A stretch of DNA of 64,000 bases, taken from Candidatus Woesearchaeota archaeon (GTDB taxonomy: Archaea; Nanobdellota; Nanobdellia; Woesearchaeales; GW2011-AR4). The position numbers and the translations under genes were made by a program. The notes below the pieces were generated by a model. That model was not told the DNA's origin, did no database searches, and was given only the letters and a program-made list of their open reading frames with translations. The DNA lies in NCBI GenBank assembly GCA_018303655.1, contig JAGVXT010000021.1, positions 18,811 through 82,810 of the forward strand, read 5' to 3'. This document shows, one piece after another, positions 56,971-64,000 of the stretch; position 1 is the first letter of the stretch, and each line of letters starts with the position of its first letter.

Positions 56971-57003
56971 ATGAGTAGATTTGGAGGATTTAAAAAGGTT
57001 TCT

Positions 57004-58116
57004 CTATATTTCTACAATAACCTTCCTCTCTTTTTCATTAACTTCTTTTATTGTTTTGTGATTTTTTAATTTTTCCTTAATCTCTTTCCATGAATGTTTT
57101 TTCGATGCCTTATTGAGTTCGTCAATAATTTCTTTTATCAGCTGGTAGTTCTGGTAAATAAGCTCTCCTTTCTGCCTTGATTCGTGCTCTTCCTTTCTAA
57201 GCTCTCTTATTGTCTGCTGCTGGCTTTCGATGATTCTTTGCAGTTCCTTTAGCTTCTTGTCAAACTCTGTTTCTTTTGGCTCCTTGAAATGAGAGAAGAA
57301 AAATGAGACAGCCTCGCTGAATGCTGGAAATGATTTTTTTTGGTTATTTTTATAAAATTCAAAATCAAACGGAATGACATCAGCAACATTGTTATTTTCA
57401 TCGAAAACAACAAAAGCCTCAATTTTTTTATTTGTTATCTTTTTAATTGAGTTTGTGATTAATTGTGCTTGTTTTTTGTCAATGTTTTTCGGATTAATGC
57501 TTTTGTCAATATTTGAAATCAGGCAGACCTCCTCTGAATACAGGCCTCCTAAGCCAAGCTCTGTTGCCAGAGAAGTCACTAACGAGTCTTTTTTGGAATT
57601 TTTTAACAGAATTGCTAAATCCTCTTCCTTTAACTCAAATAAGTTATAGCTCATCACAGGATATACATATTTCAGTTTTGGCTTTATGCTCCTTTCCCGG
57701 AAATCATGGTGCTCAAGCGCATTCATAATTACATTATGCTCGTCGCAGAGAATTGCGTTTCCTTTTCCAAAGAATTCAGCATAAAGGAATTTCTTTTCTT
57801 CTTTGGCCCTGAACGTTAATTTTATGATTCTTTCAGGATTTATCTGTTCCATCTCTGTCAAAAAATACCCATCAATATGCTTCCTTAAAAACTGCCCGAA
57901 GCCAAGGATTTCCTCATAAGATTCCTTTTCTTCTGCAATGAAAATGGATTTTCCTATGTCAATCCGCAGAAGCCTTTTGCCTGCATTGGTCTTGTAAAGG
58001 CTGAAAACTATCAGTTCTTTCTCAGGCTGGTATATCTTGTCTATTCTTGAGTCTTTCAAGGCTTGCAGCTCTTTAACAAGGTAATGCAAATCTATTGACG
58101 ATAGCTGTTTTTTCAT
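57004..58116 (-). CDS. NFACT-family protein (archaeal Rqc2/FbpA homolog), apparently C-terminally truncated (NFACT-N + HhH + coiled coil only)
   Basis: N-terminus MKKQLSSIDLHYLVKELQALKDSRIDKIYQPEKELIVFSL...LRKHIDG...ERIIKLTF matches NFACT-N. LATELGLGGLYSEEVC is the HhH. A long coiled coil follows. 370 aa, versus about 600+ for full-length forms. Confidence 0.7.
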   Translation of the reverse strand: MKKQLSSIDLHYLVKELQALKDSRIDKIYQPEKELIVFSLYKTNAGKRLLRIDIGKSIFIAEEKESYEEILGFGQFLRKHIDGYFLTEMEQINPERIIKLTFRAKEEKKFLYAEFFGKGNAILCDEHNVIMNALEHHDFRERSIKPKLKYVYPVMSYNLFELKEEDLAILLKNSKKDSLVTSLATELGLGGLYSEEVCLISNIDKSINPKNIDKKQAQLITNSIKKITNKKIEAFVVFDENNNVADVIPFDFEFYKNNQKKSFPAFSEAVSFFFSHFKEPKETEFDKKLKELQRIIESQQQTIRELRKEEHESRQKGELIYQNYQLIKEIIDELNKASKKHSWKEIKEKLKNHKTIKEVNEKERKVIVEI

Positions 58117-58490
58117 GCTTTCTTCAGAACTACCAAATCGCCGTTCTTAACACTGGAAAAGACTTTTGCATTTTTAACATTTCCGAAAACATTGACTTTT
58201 GAAGCTGCCCTTATTTCATTTCCTTTGGAAGCTGGAGTCTTGCCAAAAAATATGCAAAAGCAGCTGCCTTCAGGCCAATAGGCAATATCCCCTTCTGAGA
58301 CAACTTCTTTTGCATCAGGCTCAGCTTCAATATTTGCAGGAATCACAAAATAAATCTCGTCTTCCCACCTGTTCGCAGAGCCTTCTATCGGCAAAGCGTC
58401 ATAAACAGCTTTTGCTGTTGGGGTATTTTTAAGCTCTGCAACAGCATTTATTTGTCCAGAAGTAATTTTCATTTTCATTTTCATTTTCAT
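58113..58490 (-). CDS. cyclophilin-like fold protein (DUF369/Cyclophil_like family)
   Basis: MK(MK)3ITSGQINAVAELKNTPTAKAVYDALPIEGSANRWEDEIYF...GDIAYWPEGSCFCIFFG pattern. The upstream part of the ORF-track ORF (to 58607) crosses a GC-rich hairpin region and is probably not coding. Confidence 0.5.
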   Translation of the reverse strand: MKMKMKMKITSGQINAVAELKNTPTAKAVYDALPIEGSANRWEDEIYFVIPANIEAEPDAKEVVSEGDIAYWPEGSCFCIFFGKTPASKGNEIRAASKVNVFGNVKNAKVFSSVKNGDLVVLKKA

Positions 58491-58500
58491 TTTAATTTTA
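58465..58500 (-). repeat. hexanucleotide tandem repeat (ATTTTC)4(ATTTTA)2 encoding an in-frame MKMKMKMK N-terminus on the minus strand
   Basis: Seen directly. Confidence 0.9.
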
Positions 58501-58682
58501 ATATAGGTATAGGCGAGGCAAAAATTATTGGTAGGAAAATTTTTGCCGAGCACAGTGAGCTGAGCGAGTGAGATGCTTGCGAGTCCGACGAGCAAGCTCG
58601 CGGACAAGTCGAGCTATCGCATTTGACTGTTGTTGCGAAGCAACGGATTAAAATTGTGTACTATTTTAATGATTTTTAATTA

Positions 58683-59864
58683 TCAAATTTCTTCATTTTC
58701 TATTTTGACAGCCTTCTGCTTAAGCCAGTTCTCTATCCTGTCCATGCCTCTCTCAATCTCCTTTATAGAGGTTGCATAGCTTAATCTTACGTGCCTGTCG
58801 CTTCCAAATGCAATTCCGGGAACAACAGCAACAAGTGCTTCATCAAGCAGCTTTGATACAAATTCCATTGATGACATTCCAGTTTCACTTATATCGGGAA
58901 AAGCGTAAAACGCGCCTTCAGGCTCAACGCAGCTTATTCCGCCAATTTCGTTCAGCCTTTTATGGATGAATTTTCTTCTTTCATCAAAGGCATGCACCAT
59001 CTGCCTTACACTCTCTTGAGGCCCGTTCAACGCTTCCAATGCAGCATACTGGGCAATGCTTGTAGGATTGCTTGTGGAATGGCTTTGCAGGTTGTCCATT
59101 GCCTTGATGATTTCCTTCGGGCCTGCTGTATATCCAATTCTCCATCCGGTCATTGCATAAGTTTTTGAAACAGAATTGGACAATATCGTCAGGTTTTTGA
59201 TTTCTTCATTTAAAGAGCCAATGCTTAAGTGCTTCACATCTCCATAGGTGAAATGCTCGTAAACTTCATCAGACAAAACATAGAAATTGTGCTCAACAGC
59301 AAGCTTTGCTATTTTTTTTATTTCCTCATGGCTTACTATTGCGCCGCTGGGATTGCTTGGAGAATTTAGGATAAGCATCTTTGTCCTTGGGGTTATTTTT
59401 TCTTCTACCATGTCTGCTGTTAATTTAAATTTCTCATCAGTTTTGCATAACACCGGCTTTGCTTCAGCTATCTTTATCATCTCCTCGTAGCTTACCCAGT
59501 AAGGAACAGGCAAGATTGCCTCATCACCTTTGTCAAGAACAGCCATTGCAATGTTGAAAAGCGAATGCTTGCCTCCGCAGCTTACCAGTATTTCAGAAAC
59601 ACCATAATCTATGTTATTATCCCTTTTTAGCTTGTCAGCTACAGCCTTCTTTAATTCCGGAATGCCTCCAACAGGAGTATATCTTGTAAAATTGCTGTCA
59701 ATCGCCTTCTTTGCAGCAAGCTTTATGTTATCTGGGGTGTTAAAGTCAGGCTCCCCTGCCCCGAAGATAACAACATCCTTGCCATCTTTCTTAAGATGCT
59801 TTGCTTTGGCATCAATTGCAAGCGTAGCACTCGGCGCAATGTTTCTTACCCTTTGTGCTATCAT
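58683..59864 (-). CDS. aspC: aspartate aminotransferase (class I PLP aminotransferase)
   Basis: ...VIFGAGEPDFNTPDNIK...NSPSNPSGA...SKTYAMTGWRIGY are class I AspAT signatures. 393 aa. Confidence 0.85.
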   Translation of the reverse strand: MIAQRVRNIAPSATLAIDAKAKHLKKDGKDVVIFGAGEPDFNTPDNIKLAAKKAIDSNFTRYTPVGGIPELKKAVADKLKRDNNIDYGVSEILVSCGGKHSLFNIAMAVLDKGDEAILPVPYWVSYEEMIKIAEAKPVLCKTDEKFKLTADMVEEKITPRTKMLILNSPSNPSGAIVSHEEIKKIAKLAVEHNFYVLSDEVYEHFTYGDVKHLSIGSLNEEIKNLTILSNSVSKTYAMTGWRIGYTAGPKEIIKAMDNLQSHSTSNPTSIAQYAALEALNGPQESVRQMVHAFDERRKFIHKRLNEIGGISCVEPEGAFYAFPDISETGMSSMEFVSKLLDEALVAVVPGIAFGSDRHVRLSYATSIKEIERGMDRIENWLKQKAVKIENEEI

Positions 59865-60004
59865 TCAACCACCCAGTTTTTTTTTTGGCTATCAAACTTA
59901 TGTCAAAAACCAAGTATTTATAATACTTTTTATATTGGTTTTTGAGCGGTGACATGCGAAAGCTCGCTTTCGCTCGCTTATGTCGGGCGAAAATCTCCTA
60001 TGTA

Positions 60005-60517
60005 TTATTTAATAAGTTTGGAAATTTTTGACATATTAAAGCTTTTTGTAGTGTCAATCTCTATTATCTTGTGTTTTTTCTTTTTTGCCTCTTCAAGGCA
60101 CACATTGAATATTTCTGCCTGAATGTTTTCCTCTATTTTATTTTTTGAATATTTTCGCTTTTTCAGCCTTTTATTCAGTTCTTTGATGTTGCACTTTGTG
60201 ACAATGCAGAAATCAACATATTTTTTGGGCAGATAATGCGAAAGGTGCGAGTCAATAACTATCCCTTTGTATTTTTTAATTCTATTTTTAGTAATGTTTG
60301 ATTTTTTTAATGTTTTGATTTTTTTAATGAGAAGTTTATTAAGTTTTTTAATGTCTACAATTTTTGTTTTTCTCTTTCTGTCGTAGCCTTCTGACAATTT
60401 GTATTTGTTTATGATCTTGTTAACATCCAGATAATGATATTTCAGCCTATTGGCTAGTTTTTTTGCTATAGTTGTTTTTCCTGTTCCAGGCGTTCCTGTC
60501 ACTATTATGGTTTTCAT
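60005..60517 (-). CDS. P-loop NTPase, Fap7/adenylate kinase isoform 6-like
   Basis: MKTIIVTGTPGTGKTTIAKKLA Walker A motif. About 170 aa with a Lys-rich C-terminus. Confidence 0.55.
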   Translation of the reverse strand: MKTIIVTGTPGTGKTTIAKKLANRLKYHYLDVNKIINKYKLSEGYDRKRKTKIVDIKKLNKLLIKKIKTLKKSNITKNRIKKYKGIVIDSHLSHYLPKKYVDFCIVTKCNIKELNKRLKKRKYSKNKIEENIQAEIFNVCLEEAKKKKHKIIEIDTTKSFNMSKISKLIK

Positions 60518-60571
60518 TGAGGAAAGCTAACCATCATTATATTTAAATATTCTTAATCAATTCTATGGCTT

Positions 60572-60982
60572 ATGCAGGAAGAGATTATTTTATCAACCTC
60601 AAAAAAGCAGGAATTGGCTGATATAACCGATAAGGTAAACGGCATAATTAAAAAGTCAAAAGTCAAAAATGGAATATGCAGCGTATTTGCAGCCCATGCA
60701 ACAGCAGCAATAATTATAAATGAGAACTACGACCCAAACATATGCCTGGATTTGCTGGATGCATTAAACAAATTGATACCAGCAGGAGTCTGGCGGCATG
60801 ACAGAATTGACGGGAATGCAGATGCCCATATAAAATCAGCAATATTGGGCCCAAGCGAGACAATACCTATAAAAAATGGCGAGCTTGATTTGGGTAGATG
60901 GCAGTCGTGCATGTTTGTAGAATTGGACGGCCCGAGAAGCAACAGAAAGATAATTGTAACAATACTGGGTGATAAAGATTAA
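60572..60982 (+). CDS. YjbQ/UPF0047 family protein
   Basis: ...CSVFAAHATAAIIINENYDPN...WRHDRIDGNADAHIKSAILGPSETIPI... is the UPF0047 pattern. 136 aa. Confidence 0.7.
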   Translation: MQEEIILSTSKKQELADITDKVNGIIKKSKVKNGICSVFAAHATAAIIINENYDPNICLDLLDALNKLIPAGVWRHDRIDGNADAHIKSAILGPSETIPIKNGELDLGRWQSCMFVELDGPRSNRKIIVTILGDKD

Positions 60983-61436
60983 CTGCGACTTGTGCGGCAA
61001 AACAACGGAAAGCCTTGCAAAAGCAATAATTGAAGGAGTGCAGCTTGATGTCTGCAGTGACTGCGCGAAATTCGGAAAAGTAATTGAAGCTGTAAAAAGA
61101 CCAAGCGCAAAAGAGCAACATAAGCAATATATCAAGCAGCAAGCAAAGGAAGAAAAGGTTGAGCTTCTTGTTGAAGATTACGCTGAAATAATCAAAAAGA
61201 AGCGTGAATCGATGGGATTGACGCAAAAAGACTTTGCAAACAGGATAAATGAAAAAGATGTTACAATCCACAAGATTGAAACAGGCTCATTTAACCCTCC
61301 TTTGCCTTTGGCCAAAAAACTTGAAAGATTTCTTGGAATAAAGATCATTGAGCAGCACGAGGAAAAATTTGAAAGCTCAAGGAAAAATAAAGATGAGGGA
61401 TTTACTTTAGGAGACTTTATTAAGCTTAAGAAGTGA
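60969..61436 (+). CDS. mbf1: archaeal multiprotein bridging factor 1 (aMBF1): N-terminal zinc ribbon + C-terminal XRE-type HTH
   Basis: CDLCGK...CSDC zinc ribbon. ...MGLTQKDFANRINEKDVTIHKIETG is the HTH. Confidence 0.8.
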   Translation: MIKINCDLCGKTTESLAKAIIEGVQLDVCSDCAKFGKVIEAVKRPSAKEQHKQYIKQQAKEEKVELLVEDYAEIIKKKRESMGLTQKDFANRINEKDVTIHKIETGSFNPPLPLAKKLERFLGIKIIEQHEEKFESSRKNKDEGFTLGDFIKLKK

Positions 61437-62808
61437 TTCTTCTGTAGATTTCATATCTACAAGAACCTTTTTCTTTTTCATACACTTTTTTGAACTTGGC
61501 AAGGGTGCTTTGCAGTATTTTCACATTTTCTTCGCACAAAGTGTCAATTTCGGCAGATGGGCAGGGAAGATCGCAGTTATTAAAAAGCACTATATCAGCT
61601 TTGTCTTTGTCTTTGCTGATAAGATTAATCATCTGCTGGGAAGAATACAAAAGGCCGCTGATTTTGATGTCAGAATGAAGCGCATATAATGGGTTTGTAA
61701 TCCACACATTGCCTTTATTGTCTTTAAGATAATTCTGAAGCTGCAAAAACCCTTCATCATCTGCCTGGGATATGTAGTTGACTTCGTTGAATGATTCAAA
61801 AACCGTTGAAATCCAGAACACACATATAATGCAAAATAATGCCAATGCGGTTTTTTTATAGCGTATTTTTTTGTATATTTCCAAAAGACAATGTGATGTA
61901 AGCAGGTACAGAAAAGGAAGAACAAGAAGCATAAACCTCATTTCCTTTTGCTTGACAAGAGTAAAGATGACAATATAGATTAATGGAGATAAAAATATTG
62001 AATAAAATGCAGGATTTCTTTGGAATGCAAACGGCAAAAAGAACAGCAATATCAAAAAGAAATTTTCTTTGAGCAGTCCGGTAATATAAAACCCACCTTC
62101 TTTGTACATCGGCCACCCGGTTGTCCTTGCCAGATAGCTTTGAGTTTTATAAGGCAGCAGCATATCGTGATACAAATAATGATTAACCAAAAGGTACAGC
62201 ACAATTGGCAGCAAAAACCCTATAGTTATGTAAAACAACCTTTTGTGAAAATTAGGTTTTTTATAAAAATAAATCAAAAATGGGATATAAAGTCCCAACA
62301 AAGCAAACACCTGGAAAAACCTTGTCATTACGGCAATGCCTGAAAAAAGCCCCATGAGAAAAAATTTATTGCTTAAAAAAAAGTAGAAAGCCAATAGCGC
62401 AAAGAAAGCAGATGGTATCTCTGTCAGTATGTTTGAGCTGAAAAAAAGAAAATTAAATGAAAATGCGGTAAAAAACGCTGCCAATAATCCTATTTTCTTT
62501 GAAAAGAGATTTAATCCAATTCTATAAGTCATAAAGATGGTAAGAACTGCAAATACAACAGACACAATCCTTGCAAAATATATGGCATCAAAGCCAAGCT
62601 TCCAGCCTATGCCGAGTATAAACGGGAATATCAATGGCCTTGACTCCTCCCACAAGCCTGATTTTCCTGATGAGAATATGTACTTTCCCATGCTGATATA
62701 TACAGAACTATCCCACCAGACATCCTTATAGAAATTAATAAAAAGCGCATTTGCGCAGATAAAAGCAAGCATTATTATGATTATTCCAATGTTGTTCTTA
62801 AGCCTCAT
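61426..62808 (-). CDS. GT-C-like / PMT_2-like integral membrane glycosyltransferase candidate
   Basis: 460 aa with about 11-13 TM helices. N-terminal loop ...YKDVWWDSSVYISMG carries an acidic motif, as in ArnT/PMT-type enzymes. Confidence 0.4.
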   Translation of the reverse strand: MRLKNNIGIIIIMLAFICANALFINFYKDVWWDSSVYISMGKYIFSSGKSGLWEESRPLIFPFILGIGWKLGFDAIYFARIVSVVFAVLTIFMTYRIGLNLFSKKIGLLAAFFTAFSFNFLFFSSNILTEIPSAFFALLAFYFFLSNKFFLMGLFSGIAVMTRFFQVFALLGLYIPFLIYFYKKPNFHKRLFYITIGFLLPIVLYLLVNHYLYHDMLLPYKTQSYLARTTGWPMYKEGGFYITGLLKENFFLILLFFLPFAFQRNPAFYSIFLSPLIYIVIFTLVKQKEMRFMLLVLPFLYLLTSHCLLEIYKKIRYKKTALALFCIICVFWISTVFESFNEVNYISQADDEGFLQLQNYLKDNKGNVWITNPLYALHSDIKISGLLYSSQQMINLISKDKDKADIVLFNNCDLPCPSAEIDTLCEENVKILQSTLAKFKKVYEKEKGSCRYEIYRRITS

Positions 62809-62851
62809 TTTGTTAAAAAATACTCAGGAATAAATAATACTTTCTAAAGAA

Positions 62852-63943
62852 TCAGTCAATCTTGTTGCCGTGCTTGTTCAGCATGTACCATTCCATTGGG
62901 GTCTTGGACAATGCTTTGAAAATGCCGACATTCACATAATATGTGACAACCAATCCATAGCTGAATGAAGATGCTAACATTGGCAAAGACAATCTTGCCT
63001 TGTTTGCCTTTATAAGAGCAATGCAGCTTGCAAACAGCAAGCCGCTGGTCAATGCTATATTCCTTGTTAATTCGTAAAGGAATCTGCCCCATTCAATTGG
63101 GGCTGGAGCATGGGTTATAAAGCTCAGTGTTCCTGTTATGAAAAGCCCTGCCAAAAGCACTGAAATCAGGTAACCGCTGCAGAATATTCCCTGCATGTAA
63201 AACTTGTCTATAAAATTAAGATGATTGCTCTTAGCAATGTCTCTAAAATGCCTCTTCCATGAGTAGATAACCCCATAGGCCCATCTCATTTGCTGTTTGT
63301 ACAGGTCTTTAAGCGTGTACGGGACTTCACTATCACATTCTAGGTCATCAAGATATTTTATTTTATATCCTCTCTCAAGAAGCCTTAGGGAAAACTCTAT
63401 ATCCTCTGTCAGGTTTCCGCTTTCCCAGCCGCCAAGCTTGATTAGTACATCTTTCCTTACAGCTTCTGCAGAACCGCACAGAAAAGTAATCTTTCTCCTG
63501 TTGTATATGAATGGTATTGTTATATGGTGGCATGTTGAAACAATTGCCGCTCCAAGAGCAGTTATCATGTTCTGATTTGCATTTACCAATTTCCATCTTG
63601 CCTGCACGCCTGCTATTTTATCGTCTTTCATGAAAGGCTGCACAATTTTTTTTATAAAGTCTTCGTGCGGCATGAAATCAGAGTCAAAAATAACAAGGAT
63701 AGAGCCTTTTGAATGCTTCAGCATGTTGTTAAGGTTGCCTGGCTTATAGCCTTCATTGCTTTTTCTCTTGATTATTTTTACTAAATCATGCTCGTTTGCA
63801 AACTCCTGCAGTTTTTCTGAGATTTCCGGCTTGTTGCTGTCATCCCCTATTATTATTTCGTACTTGTCTTTTGGATAATCAAAACTCAAGCAGCTTTTGG
63901 CGCATCTTATGGCTGCAAGCTCATTAAATGTGGGAATCTGCAC
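62852..63943 (-). CDS. GT2 processive beta-glycosyltransferase (cellulose/chitin-synthase-like) with C-terminal TM helices; N-terminus may extend beyond the ORF-track start
   Basis: IPTFNE (ribosyl-binding region). DSD (DxD). QQMRWAYG (QxxRW). The first ORF-track residue already sits in the conserved IIP.YNE region, so the true start is probably upstream toward the window edge. Confidence 0.7.
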   Translation of the reverse strand: MQIPTFNELAAIRCAKSCLSFDYPKDKYEIIIGDDSNKPEISEKLQEFANEHDLVKIIKRKSNEGYKPGNLNNMLKHSKGSILVIFDSDFMPHEDFIKKIVQPFMKDDKIAGVQARWKLVNANQNMITALGAAIVSTCHHITIPFIYNRRKITFLCGSAEAVRKDVLIKLGGWESGNLTEDIEFSLRLLERGYKIKYLDDLECDSEVPYTLKDLYKQQMRWAYGVIYSWKRHFRDIAKSNHLNFIDKFYMQGIFCSGYLISVLLAGLFITGTLSFITHAPAPIEWGRFLYELTRNIALTSGLLFASCIALIKANKARLSLPMLASSFSYGLVVTYYVNVGIFKALSKTPMEWYMLNKHGNKID

Positions 63944-64000
63944 AGTGACAAAAGGTAGTTCTCCATCATAGCTTTTCTCATTTTTATGCTCCCGCTTCTT

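Noticed and set aside
56823-56975. tRNA (possibly intron-containing) in the GC-rich intergenic island
   Set aside because: No GTTCRANYC T-loop on either strand. The stems are too long and numerous for a cloverleaf.
58491-58607. N-terminal 39-aa extension of the cyclophilin-like ORF (MSASLLVGLASISLAQLTVLGKNFPTNNFCLAYTYIKIK)
   Set aside because: It runs through the GC-rich hairpin element and the 10-bp inverted repeat. The MKMKMK ATG cluster with AT-rich upstream sequence is a far more plausible start.
1-64000. CRISPR arrays, rRNA operons, canonical tRNAs
   Set aside because: No regularly spaced direct repeats with unique spacers. No rRNA-like conserved stretches or cloverleaf-compatible GC-rich 75-nt segments were seen.

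Overview
This is an AT-rich (~33% GC) archaeal chromosomal segment. Archaeal hallmarks are an aMBF1 (zinc ribbon + HTH), a Fap7/AK6-like P-loop kinase, an NFACT/Rqc2 N-terminal homolog, an IS4/IS5-type transposase with the YREK signature, and secreted proteins dense in N-X-S/T sequons. The taxon (methanogen-like versus DPANN-like) cannot be decided from this window.

Almost the whole 64 kb is one large surface-glycan / protein-glycosylation biosynthesis island. It contains:
- about 8 glycosyltransferases: three GT4, two GT2 (one with the QxxRW motif of processive enzymes), one TagF-like GT-B protein and two GT-C-like membrane proteins
- two Wzx-type flippases
- five class I SAM methyltransferases, one of them broken by a frameshift at an (AG)6 tract
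- four paralogous cobalamin-binding (class B) radical SAM enzymes
- a WecB + Gfo/Idh/MocA module and a WbpB/WbpD/WbpE-like module for acetamido uronic acids
- Ugd, UXS and a sugar NTP-transferase for UDP-GlcA/UDP-Xyl
- a FemAB-like aminoacyl transferase and a NodU-type carbamoyltransferase
- two paralogous Pol-beta-fold (LicD-like?) nucleotidyltransferases
- an 8-gene operon for a sialic-acid-like sugar: NeuB, NeuA, KdsC-type phosphatase, class III aminotransferase, two SDRs, a xylose-isomerase-like TIM-barrel protein and a VOC protein

Other content includes two large surface proteins rich in N-glycosylation sequons, one with a glycine-rich domain. An IS element is inserted between two glycan genes. 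At the 3' end are housekeeping genes (AspAT, Fap7, YjbQ, MBF1).

The observations that look most novel are:
- N-terminal ribbon-helix-helix (RHH)-like domains fused to the NeuB-type synthase and to an NTP-transferase-like protein. The NeuB promoter also carries a GTACGGTAC/GTACCGTAC inverted repeat, a possible self-regulating 'trigger enzyme'.
- the four B12-radical-SAM genes, which point to radical methylation chemistry on the glycan
- a compact GC-rich candidate structured RNA (three hairpins, a kissing-loop complementarity and a closing helix) lying where the missing 3' half of a truncated NFACT gene would be
- the phase-variation-like (AG)6 frameshift in a methyltransferase
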